Below are positions 40,101 through 52,100 of a stretch of DNA of 64,000 bases, piece by piece. Below the pieces are notes generated by a model, which did no database searches, was not told where the DNA came from, and was given only the letters and a program-made list of their open reading frames with translations. The position numbers were made by a program, and so were the translations under genes. Origin of the DNA: Camelus ferus (Eukaryota); the NCBI RefSeq assembly GCF_009834535.1, contig NC_045697.1, forward strand, positions 50,966,001 to 51,030,000. The letters are read 5' to 3'. Each line of letters opens with the position of its first letter. Within the stretch, counting starts at the first letter, position 1.

Positions 40101-43100
40101 TACTGGAAAGTTTGAAAGTCTAGTTTGTGATCAGCTCACTTTGGGAACTGAAGACAGGACTTCAGGGGTCAGCTGGCTTATGAATTTTAAGTACTGTGAT
40201 AAAACAGAACCAGTGCCAACCTTGTGCTTACCAACCATGAGAATGTGTTCATTCCCAAGGCAACAAAACCTTTGCCTCACTTGGCAAGATGATATTGTTG
40301 GACTAATAATATTTAGACCCTGCAAGAGCAAGTCTTAGAGTAAACAAGTTGATTAGAAATAAGTTACCTCTTCTAATGATCTTGAGGGAGAAGGAGCTCT
40401 GAGGACCCTGGTCTGCTTTCCTTTGAGGAAAGATCAGAGGCTTGTGAGGAGGGCGGGAAGCATGGCTGGGCACTCTAGGGGAACTGCCCCACTGCCAGGA
40501 GGGGGCATGCTTTCAATCCAGCCTATTGATTCAGGGTAACCAGAGTTGCACCCTTTGGTTTTTCCTAAAATAGTCACCCTCAGTCAGTTCCAAATGGGGC
40601 CTCTAACATTGCCTCCATTATCAGCAGAATCTATTCCAAGGGAAAATGCCTGGACCATGGCAATATCTTGGGTCCAGGCTTAGGAGTGGGGTTGGGGTGA
40701 AAAGATGGTTGATGCTGCTAAGAAAGTCATTTCTCTGTGTGCAGCAGCAGACAAGTAGCCTCCTTTCTAACACCTAATAGAAAGTGTTCCATTCAATCCA
40801 TCTATGTGAGTGGGATCGGGAGAATCAGGGAAAATGCCAACCACTTGTAAGATCTTAATCACGGGATGTTCTGAGAAGCCAAGGCAAGACCAGCTGCCCT
40901 AAGGCTGCGTGTGCTGCTTCCCAGGCCAAGCCAGGCATGCCCTAGTCACCTCATTCAGCGTCAGAAATCCAAGTCTCCCAGACCTTCTGCCATCACACTG
41001 ATGCTCCTACATCCCTAATCAGACCCATCCCCTGTTCTCCTGGTCCTCCCTAACTCATCTGCTGTCTCCATTGTAACTTGAAGCTTTCTCATCCCTAAAT
41101 TTCACTAAATCCACATCCTCTTTTCTGAGCTTCTATTTCTTGCTCTGTATGAAATCATGAGGCTCCCCAGAAGATGCAGTGTTCCCCAAGACCCTCCAAG
41201 AGGAGGCTATTTTTGTTTGAACACGACTAACCTTAGCACCTAGCTCTCCTTTACTGCTTCCAACATATCTCTCCCTTGTCCTCTTTTAAATGCCATAGCT
41301 CTTTCAAAGTCCGTGTCATCAAACTCTAACATCCCCACCCCTATTTATTTATGCCATGTGTAGAAAGCCTGGTCATGCCCCTTCATTTTTGATGACATCA
41401 GACCCAGTTAATTGCCTCTTTCTCCACCACTGTCTTGACATTGATCATTTGCTGTAGTTTCAGCAACTCCCTTAATGATCCACATGTGGCAGATTGATAA
41501 CAAACATGAACCCAATTGTCCATCTTTCTCTATATCCATATCCTTTACAGTATGATTTTCCACCTCTTTTCCTATCAAGAAGTGAAGTCTATTTCCACAC
41601 CCCTTTAATCTGGGCTGGCCCTGTGACCTCCCTTACAGCAGAATGGGCATTGCATGGTTCCAGACATGGGCCTTGGGGGGCCTCCACACTTCCCCTCCCT
41701 CCCAGCTACCACATGAGGAAGCCTGGATTAGCCTCCTGGGGGACAGAAGACCACAGGCAGCAGAGACAAAGCCGCCTAGCCTCGGCCCGCCAGCTCCCCG
41801 CTGACTTAGCAGCTGACAGTAGACTCTTGAGCAAGCCCCGCTAAAAATGGCTGAGGCTGACCCAGGTCAACGGACTCATCCAATCAACCCTCAGACATTT
41901 GAGCAACATTAACCGATGCTGTGTAAAGCCATCTATTTTTGGTGTGAGTTATTATGCAGCAAAAATTAACTCACATATCATATGAAGAAAGGATGAGGGG
42001 AAAAAGAAATTTGACAATGGGCTGCCGTAGCAGGAGGGCAAAAGGGTGGACAATATAGTGGAATTACTAAATATTCTAATAGATGCTGTGAAAGCAGGAA
42101 TAGAAAAGAACACTAGATTGAATTCGATTTCTGACTTCATCCACTTTTTTACATAGAACACACATTGGGGAGCCCTGCTCAGATATAAGGAGATGATATT
42201 CTACTGGCAACAATTCTGACCAATAGGCTTCAGTATCAGTAACAGCAACCAAATTGGAATAGTGCTTTGTAAAGTAACGACTTATAGTCACAAAGTTTTC
42301 TAATTTATAAATGTTTTCACATGTATTTTTTATATACATACACGCACATATATGCACTTCCATCGTCATATATATAACTTTAGAAAGCATTGCACACCAT
42401 TCCTTTCAGCTTCCCCTTTAGATCCATCTGCAGATCGAGTGCAACAACCATACCTCATCCTCAGATGACAGTTACATGAAAGGGGTCTACCCTTACTCAG
42501 CAGCACAGAATACCTTTAAAGTATTTCTGCAGCTTCAGATGTAGAAATGTGGTTGGAAGTGACAAGGAAACATATCTGTGTTTCACAAAAAAAAATGAGC
42601 TTTTAAATTAACCATATCTAAATATAAAATAGGCTGCTTTAAGCAAATGGCCTTTCCATCACTGGAAATATTCATGGAGAAACTGCACAATGTTTTAGAA
42701 GGATTTCCTAAACTTGGGGTGAGAAGCATTGATTAATAGCTAAGCTTCCTTCCACTTTCATTATTCTTTGATATTATATGTTCATAGAAAGGATATATAT
42801 GACATTTAAATACTTATTTCCAGTATTGTGAGTTTCCAGTGATGCCCTGTTTTTCTATATTCTGAGAAGTTACTAGAAAGCCTTATCTGGTACAAGAAAC
42901 TGCATTAAAGAGGGTAGAAGAGTGGGGAAAGGAAATCGAAGATGCAAAAAGTTGAATTCACAGGCATTACTTTATCATGCAGCTGGCACTCACTACTAGT
43001 CACCCAAATACCACTTCTTCCAAACAGAGAAAACAGTCACTCCTGGTAGAAGTAGCAGAAGTGGTAGTGAAAGCAGCGGCACACTGGGAGGTGACACACA

Positions 43101-46100
43101 GCTCTCTAATGGAATGTTCCAAAGCACTTTCCCAGCATGCAGGTCCTGTAGAATCTTAGTCATTTCTGTGGCCCAAAGGAGGCCAAGTTAGAACAAGCTA
43201 ATCAGATTACTTTATTGCAGGACTTCTCTGACTTCCACTGTTAATGAAGGTATGAATTTCTAAGCGGAGCAAGGAAATACAGTATTCCCAAACTCTGAAT
43301 ATGAAATTTTTTTATATGAAACACATTATAAAGCTAATGCATATAAAATAGATACATATTTCTTCTGTATAGCACAGGGAACTATATTCAATATTTTGTA
43401 GTAACCTATAATGAAAAAGAATATGAAAATGAATATATGTATGTGTATGCATGACTGAAGCATTATGCTGTACACCAGAAACTGACACAACATTGTAAAC
43501 TAACTATACCTGAATTAAAAAAAACTAATGTTCTAAAGTTCACATTTTAGAAAAAAATACACAAAAAAAATGTACATCTCTGTTAATATTTTCTGATCAA
43601 TAGACTTCAGTCTCATTAACTGATCAAGTTGGGGTAGCAACTACGATAGACTTAAGTACAAAACCACAGAATATTCTAAGTTCACCTTGACCTCCAATAT
43701 AACATTTAGCTGCTCCACTCATTATGCAATATTTGTATCTGCACCCAGTGTACAGTTCTCTATGTCTGCTCCCTTGTTGGCAGCAAAGAACAAGTTAAAC
43801 AGAGATCCTTACTTTTGCTTTTCAGTTTGTAATTCCTCCTCCTGAGCTTTGCACAAGTCTTCTTTAAGGTTGAAGACTTGGTCACAGGATAAAGGTGGAG
43901 AAATGTAAGTTCCATCGACTTGCAGATCATCAAAGCAAGGCTTCCTGAAGGCATATGAGTCATCACAACAGTCACCCACACCAGCATTGATAGGCTCTGC
44001 CTCATGTCTTCTGCATAAAGCTCCAAGAATTAGCTTTGCCTTTCCCAGGAGAGAATTAGAATAAGAGCCATAAGGTTTGTGGTCATTATTAGTATTTTTA
44101 ATCCATAGGAAAGGATTCTTAAATTCTAATTTCTGCTAGCACAGTCTGGATTTCACTGTCAAGGAAAAAGCAAGAGCATCGGGTGCAGTTCCTCTGGTCC
44201 TCAGCCTTGTCTTTCCTTCTTCCTGTCACCCTCAAGGTGATTATCCATGGACCCCTCCTCCCCATTCCTCCCCAATCCAGTTTATAGACCAGTGTTGACT
44301 TGAGATAGGAGTTACTTATGCTCCATCAAATTAAAATCAAATCTCAAGTCAACATGACTAATTTGACCTAGTTATAAGACTGACGATTGGCATTCTTACT
44401 TGAAAAGCTCAAATCCAGTGTGCTTCTATTTTTTTATGACTGAACATCTATAACCATCACAGAACTTGGCCGATGGTAAATGCTGTATAACTATTTGTTG
44501 AATTAACCAAAAAATGAATTAAAAAAATGAGAAAGGGAGTCCTTGGATCTTATTTTAGTTGTCTCCTTCATTTCTTTGTCCCCTTCTAGCCCAGTCACCT
44601 TGCCTTGCTCCCAGTGTGGTGTCTGATTCTTATCTGATACTGTCTAAGCCTGCCTGTATGACCTTCTGAGTATAATGACCACCCTAATTCCCTGTCACTT
44701 ATGTATGTGGGGAGACTAGTGAGCATCAGCATTTAACACATGAGTTTATCCATTTTAGAATTAACTGAAGAGTTCACTTAAAAACAAGGCTTTAGGCATA
44801 TATAAATCAAAATGAAAGAGTTCCCCAAGGAATGTATGACTAGATAATATAAATTTATAATAAAATAGAAGGAAAATAGAGCTATATAACAAAAAGTTTT
44901 AAATCTGCAGCCAAAACAACTACATTTCATCAGAAGAAAGACTTACTTAGCATAGGCGAGAAGCTCTACCAAGAATATAGGGCAGAGAAAGCTGTCACCA
45001 AACAAGAATTCAGTAATGTTCAGATAATACCACTTGAGAGAGACCTAGAGATTAGATCTCAGAGTCTTGAGCATCCAGGTCCCTGGAGTGATATTCTCCA
45101 TTGAGAGGGGTGAATAATTCATAATTATTCCCTATAGCCTGGAAGAAGTATCCCCAAGACTGCCCTTCCTCTGATTCTGTTTGCATGAATACCCATGTCC
45201 TGATTCAACTTCCCTAGTAATTTGATTCAGGAAAAAGGTAGCCTAGTTACTAGACTCTATTATCTCTGCCATTGGAGAGAATTGTTCATTGCAAATGGAC
45301 ACACTGGTATTCTAATGATGGTAACAGTTTTGAGTTTGATGTGAGATAATAGAAAACAGAAATATTTGGTCTTTGACCACAGTTCCTGACACAAGGTTCC
45401 TGAAATGCTTGTAAACTCCTAAGTGATAAGAGCACTAGAATTACCTTTCTTTCTTATGTGGTGATTCTGGGTGGGCTCCTTGAGCGGGGCTGGTCACCAA
45501 AGAGACGGAGCCATGATTAGAGGCTTGGAATTTTAGCCCCACCCCCCATTCTCCAGCGAGGGGAAAGGGGCTGGAAATAGATTTAATAATTGGTCATGTC
45601 TATGTGAGGAAGCTGCCATAAAATCCCAACAGTATGGGGTTCAGAGAACTTTCAGATGAGTAAACACATCCACATACTGGGAGGGTGACACACCCCAACT
45701 CCTCAGGGACAGAAGCCCCTGCACTCGGGCCCCTCCCAGTGCTAACCTTCTGCATCTCTTCATCTGGCTGTTCATCTGTTTATTTTATCATATCCTTTAA
45801 TAAACAGGTAACCATGTTTTCCCGAGTTCTATGAGCTGCTCTAGCAAACAAATTGAACCCAAGGAGGGGGTCATAGAAACCTCAGATGTACAGCTAATCA
45901 GTTAGAAACACAAGTGACAATTTGGACTTGTGATTGGCATCTGAAATGGGATGGGAACAGTCTTGTGGAACTAAGCCTTCAACCCCTGGGGTCTGATGGT
46001 CTCTCCAGGCAGATAGTGTTAGAATGGAGTTAAACTGCAGGCCACTCAGTGCTCATTGTGGAGGAAAAAAACAACATATCTGCTGTCTTAAGTGTGGTGA

Positions 46101-49100
46101 GTGGGGTAATCATGTGAGAGTAAAGGAGACACACAGGAGGAAGACTGGGCGCTTTTTCCTACTCATTTAGGATGAGTTAGTCTAAAATCGGCAGTACCTT
46201 TGATGTTGCTGACAAAATCACTTTTGTTGACTTGAAAATCCAAGGACTAGACCTTGGGGATATGAAACAGGCAAAAGGCGTGGTGAATCTGACATCTTCA
46301 ATTGTAGCAAACTGACAGCCAGTCTTATCCCTGTTGCTAATCAAAGACAATTGGCATGAACTGACCTGATTCTCCTGAGAACAGAATTATTAGGTTCCAT
46401 TGACAATTCATGGATGTGTCCACCGACATGAGATTGCTGGCTGGGCCTGGAGGTGAGAACTCTCAACAACAGGCAAACATGCAGTCACAGAGGTGCTTAC
46501 CGAGTCCTCCAGGCAAACAAACTGTTGCTCATCGTTCAATGGGCAACACTTGGTGGCAGCAGCTGCCATGTTCTTCGTGAATACAACCAACTCTTGAGCA
46601 GATAGTTGTGGGGCTTTCTTAGTATAAAGGACTATGAGCCTGAAAGAATAATTTCCTCTTACTCCTGGCAAAGGCTATGTGGTCAAAATGAAGAATTCAA
46701 CAAAGTGCTCCTCAATATCTGACATTCTCTCTGATGTAGGATAAGTTACCACGTTGGGTGTAAGTCTGTCCTTTTAGTTCTTGCTCTGGTGGCCCAATGG
46801 ATTATTCAATATGCCTGGAATTCTCTTTCCATCTCACATATTGCTCCACTCTGATCCATCAATTTTCTACTTGTCAAGGATACTATGATAGCTAATTTGG
46901 ATGGCTGCAAAATCAGACTCAGAGTAAACAGGTTCTGAAATAAATATATGCACAGACCATTAACGTGTTTATTGGTTGTCTACAATGTGGCGGATTAGGA
47001 GCTCCAGCAACGATCAGGAAACAGTTCCTACTCTCACAGGGCTCACACACTAGTCAGGGAGAGATGAGCACACTGGATGCAGTGGGAGCAGTACAGCGCA
47101 CAACAGATGCGTGCGGAATGGCAGCTGGCCCCACCGCAGGGAGGTCAGGCAGCCCTCCTGGAGGAGACAGCGTGTGAGCTGAGATCCGACAGTAACTAAA
47201 AATGAGCCACGTGAAAGGGAGTGAAAGTGGGAGGAGAGCAGGTGGAAAGTCACGGAAGGTGATTTTGTTTTCTTGACTGGGGGGGTTGAGAACTGGAGAA
47301 GGGGGGAAGGAAAAAGCTTAGCTATAGAATCAGATTTATGTTGTTTTTAAAATAATTATGGTTGCTATATGAAGAATGGATTGGATTGGAGCTGGGCAAA
47401 AGGCACATGAGGGAAGAAAAGGTCATGCCAGTAATTCAAGTGAGAGACGGTGATGGCCGGAACTAGGAGAACAGCAGTGGGAACTGAGGGACGTGGAGAG
47501 AGATTTTAATGAGAACAACTCTACTGAACCGGATTTGAGGACAAGAAAATGTCAGAATCATTTACTGCATTTCTATCATAGTGGAGTTAGGGGAAGAATT
47601 TAGCTATAACATCCAGTGAAAGAGTCAGCCTAATTCAGTGCTTCTTAAGTGTGATCCTTGGACTGGCAGGACCAGCATCCTTGGGTACATGTTGGAAATA
47701 CAGATTCTCAGGCTCCATCCCAGATTTACTAAATCAGAAACTCTAGGAATGGGCTGTGTTTCAACAGGCCCTCCAGGTAATTTTGATGCACTCTAAAGTT
47801 TGAGAGCCACAAGCTTAATCCTTAAACTAAATTGTTGTTTGCATCAGCAACTAAACGTAACATAAAAGAAAAATAACAAGGCAACTATTCTCTCTGAGAC
47901 AGACTCACAGACGTAGAAAACAAACTTACGGTTACCAAGGCAGGGGAAAAGGTTAGGGAAGGACAAATTAGGAGTTCGAGATTTGTAAATGCTAACTACT
48001 GTATATAAAATAGATAAACAACGAGGTCCTAGGGTAGAGCACAGGGAACTATATTCAAGAACTTGTAATGGCTTATAATGAAAAAAGCGTATGAAAAGGA
48101 ATATATGTATATAAATGAATCACTATGCTGTACACCAGAAATTAACACAATATTGTAAATCAACTATACTTCAGTAAAAACAAAAATAAACATTCTCTCT
48201 GAAACAAAAAAAAATTTTCTGGATTCATTATTTTGGACATTTAATGTAAGCTCAGTATTATGGGGCACTGTATCAAACTGAACTTTTCCCCAGTACTCTG
48301 CTTCTTAACAGACTATTACAATAAAATCTTAAAGATTACTAAAAACTGACTTTTGTTCTTTGATATATTAATCTTTGAAAAACAATGGGATTTTCCAGGC
48401 TCTCTGCAGAGTTCTGGGTGTTCCCTCTGGCAAATAACTAAGGTATACATTTACCTCTACTCTTGATGGTGAAAAAAATGTATTTGCTATATTGACCTGA
48501 CTTGAAACTGACAAAGAAACCCTAGATTAGATCTCGGTTGCAGCCTTGACTCCAAATTACAGGCAAAGCCCCAAACTAAATATCCAGGTGGGAGGTAGAG
48601 GCCCCTAGGAGATTGCAGGAAGGCAGGCGGGGTCTGCTGGCTCCCTGACCTCTGGGTATTGATTGGTACCTGGAAACGGGCCTGAAAAACAACAGAAAAG
48701 CACCCAAGGTTGTGTGGACAATTATCTTATCAAGACAAAGATAGCTAGGTTAATTCTGAACCGACTTTTACCTTGGCCTCTGAAATTTTAAGATTGAATG
48801 TAGACGCTTTGCAACTCTCAGCAGCAGGAACTAACAAAAACTCGCTAACAAGCATAAATCTGGACAGTATCTTGGAAGCATACCTGTCATGGAAGTTACT
48901 GTCTCCTAATTTCCCATGTAAATCACACTGATTTTTCACACGTTCATGGCTTTCACAAACCACTCTTTGGAACATCTCTTCCTGAAAAATACACATAATC
49001 GGTGTTTATTGTTGCAACAATATATGTTAAGATAAGGTTGCAAAACCATCTTCTGTCTGTAATAGTTTAATGTAACTGTTTTCCTAAACCCAGAGTTTTA

Positions 49101-52100
49101 TTTACTTAGCATGTTTGGAAATCTTGAAAAACACGCTTTGCATTAACATACTTTATGGAGAAAAACATGGGACAGCCAGATTGATATATATCAGTTTTGT
49201 GATATAAACTCACTTGTGGGCTTAAATGGCATATTTTACAAGCATAAAGCAAATCATTCATCAAGCCAGGAAGAGGTCCTTTAAAGTAATTTATAGATCT
49301 AAGTTCAGTTGATCAGAGTGTGGGTGTGTGTATGTATGTGTGTGTATCGGTGATTTTTAATAATACATTTTCATTTAAAACAGTACAGATATACATACAG
49401 AAATATAGATAGGTATTAAGAAGTCAGGTTTAATAAAACGTGTACCAGACTTGAACATAGTAAAGCACTCCACAAATACCCACTGAGTGAATCACATGGA
49501 ATTCTCAGAGCTAAACTGCAAATTCAGAGTTCTTGAAACATGCAAATAAAATTCCAGTGGGAAGACGAAGTGACCTTGCAGACTCAGCTCTTTGGTAGGA
49601 GCACTGGTTATCAGCTTACGTGACCTCAGACCCTGTCCACTGATCCTAATAAGCAGTGTTTGTTATAGTAAAAATTTTACCCGATTTGCAAACTGTTTGC
49701 CTGGACTTAACCCATAGCCTTGTCCTTACTGCTTGTGTGACATTGGGCAAGTCACTTGAACCTTCTGAAACGCAATACTCTCATCTATAAAATGTATTAG
49801 TTATTCTGATGTCACGCATCTTATCAAGCTGACATGAGAATCAAATAGAACACTGGTTATAAAGCTACTTTGTAAACTCTAAACATCCGTGCTCCTATAA
49901 GGCCAATTATCATAACGACTACTGTGGAGGTCTACAGGTGATGCTATGAAAGAGTGCTAATCTACAGACTAAATCACATTCATTTACCCTTCTCTCCGGG
50001 AACAAAAAGATGCTAGGTGGATCTGCTTGAGCCCGGACAGGAAAAAGAAATGCCTTTGCCCTCCAACCCTACATCTCTACAAATACAAAAGCCATTGATT
50101 GGAATAACAAAAGCCAGAGCCACCTGGCTCCTGCGAACCCGCGGATAACAGATCATCTGGTCGGAAATCTGTGAGGCCACTTGCTGCTTCTGTTTCAACT
50201 GCACAACAGGAGCTCCTGCCTGTGAACAGTATGATTTCTGGCCTGAGGTAGGGACAGTTTCCAGGCCTGCTCAGTGAAAACAGTCAACCTTCCCCTACCC
50301 TAACTGGCTGTGCTTTCTTGCTACTGTGCCAAGCAAACTTTAAAAAGGAGATTGCACAGAGAAGTTTTCATAAAACACAGAATCTACGAGGCAGTGGCTT
50401 GCACAGAGCGTTATTACTATGTGATGATGTGGTCTTTTGTTTAGATGGAAATCATAGCCCTTGTGTAATGCTTACAGTTAGAAAGAACATGCACGCATAA
50501 TTATCTTACAAAAGCATGGCACTACTAATAATGCACTAACACTGGACTGTTCCCTAGGTTTGTAACCTCTTATGAGTAACAGGTTAAAAAATAAAAAAGG
50601 AATTTACCCCATGGCTATAGCATTCCAGCGGATTTTCTAATTTACAGCATTTTCCCAGTAAGTTTTGATATACTGTATCCACCCTTAAAATCACTGGAAC
50701 TGCCAACTCTGGATGTCTTCTTGAATATTCATAAAGAAACCTGTGTCCACATGAAGCACATTAGAAAATAAGCAGTAAAACTCAGAAGCCATAGCTTTTC
50801 GTTTTCAAAAGCCAATTATGACTATGACATTTATTCAGTACTTTAACTGACTTTAAGGGATTTGAATATCTTGGGACAGTGTCAGGGAGGTTTTATTGGC
50901 TATATTTTGAGATAAGGAAACCAAATCAATAAAATTATAAGACTTTTCCAAACTTACACAGTAGTGAGTAGCAAACCCAAAGTTGAACCTAAAACATCCT
51001 GGTAAGATTTAGTTCCTGACTCAGGGTCTCTGCTTACTTTTACTAGAAACTCATTTCAAGTGGTTGGGTGAGAATATTTTTCTCAATGATCTTTGAGACT
51101 AGATTTTATAAATATTACAAATTTTTGTAAGAAAGTGCTGACTAGGTTCTAAATTACCATCTACCCCTATTTTTTCACATAAGCTTTCAAGTATAAATTG
51201 TCCATAATCTCCACATTCCTCAGTGTTACAAGAAAGAGAAACTTAGATACTAGAATATTTTCAAAGGAATCATAGAATCACAGGAGGGACCTTGGAAGTG
51301 ATCTTATCCAACTGCTTCAATTTACAGTTGGAACCCAAAAGCCTGGGGAAATTAAATGGCTTGAATTGCATTTCAAAGCTGATGCATGGCCAAGCTAGCC
51401 TGGAACTCAGGCCTTTCACTCATGGTCTAATGTGATTTCCACTAGGAAGTCGTGCCTATCAACTTTTTCAGTACCGGATGCAAGTTTAGGGATAAATGAG
51501 TTCAGGTAGTGACATTTATAAGCCAGAGTCAAATGGAATTTCAGAAATACAGCTAATGTTACTCTGTAGAAAACTTTGAAGAAAACTCAATCTTATGCTT
51601 TGTTGGAATTTAGTTGTTCCCAATAATACTTCACAAAGCGACTTTGGAAATCTTTAAGTCACACAGCAATACTGTCTTAATATTGTATATGGAAATCAGT
51701 TTGCCTTATGTCCAAATTAATTTGCACTTCTGAATGGTCACCAGAGATATGAGTGCTCCAACTCTTTAATCTTGAAATGCCACACCATGGTACCATGGCT
51801 TTGATGTTAGGTATTAAATTAATTAGAATAGAAGAGCTGGCCAGCTCTTACTTAGAGATGACTCTAAGTCCCTTAGAGCAAAGCTGGCACACACTTGACA
51901 CGTTTTTTTAATTTCCTATATTAGTTATCAATATTTATCAATATGTAAAAATCAAGAGACTTCCAGCTTCCCTCAAAATGCACTTGACTCTACCACCCAA
52001 AGCCTGTCTTCCCATATAGCAACAAGTAGCTAGAACCAAATAGTAGCTGCCACCTTGAATCCACATCTCCTCTTGGCCATTTAACTGTTCACTCACATCA

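Noticed and set aside
43760..44026. 88-aa [13 protein letters not shown]...
   Set aside because: Alternative frame over ARG exon 12
44947..44991. 45-nt pseudo-exon in ARG intron 11 with gtaagt donor, [14 protein letters not shown]
   Set aside because: Weak acceptor and in-frame stop; indistinguishable from background pseudo-exons without RNA data
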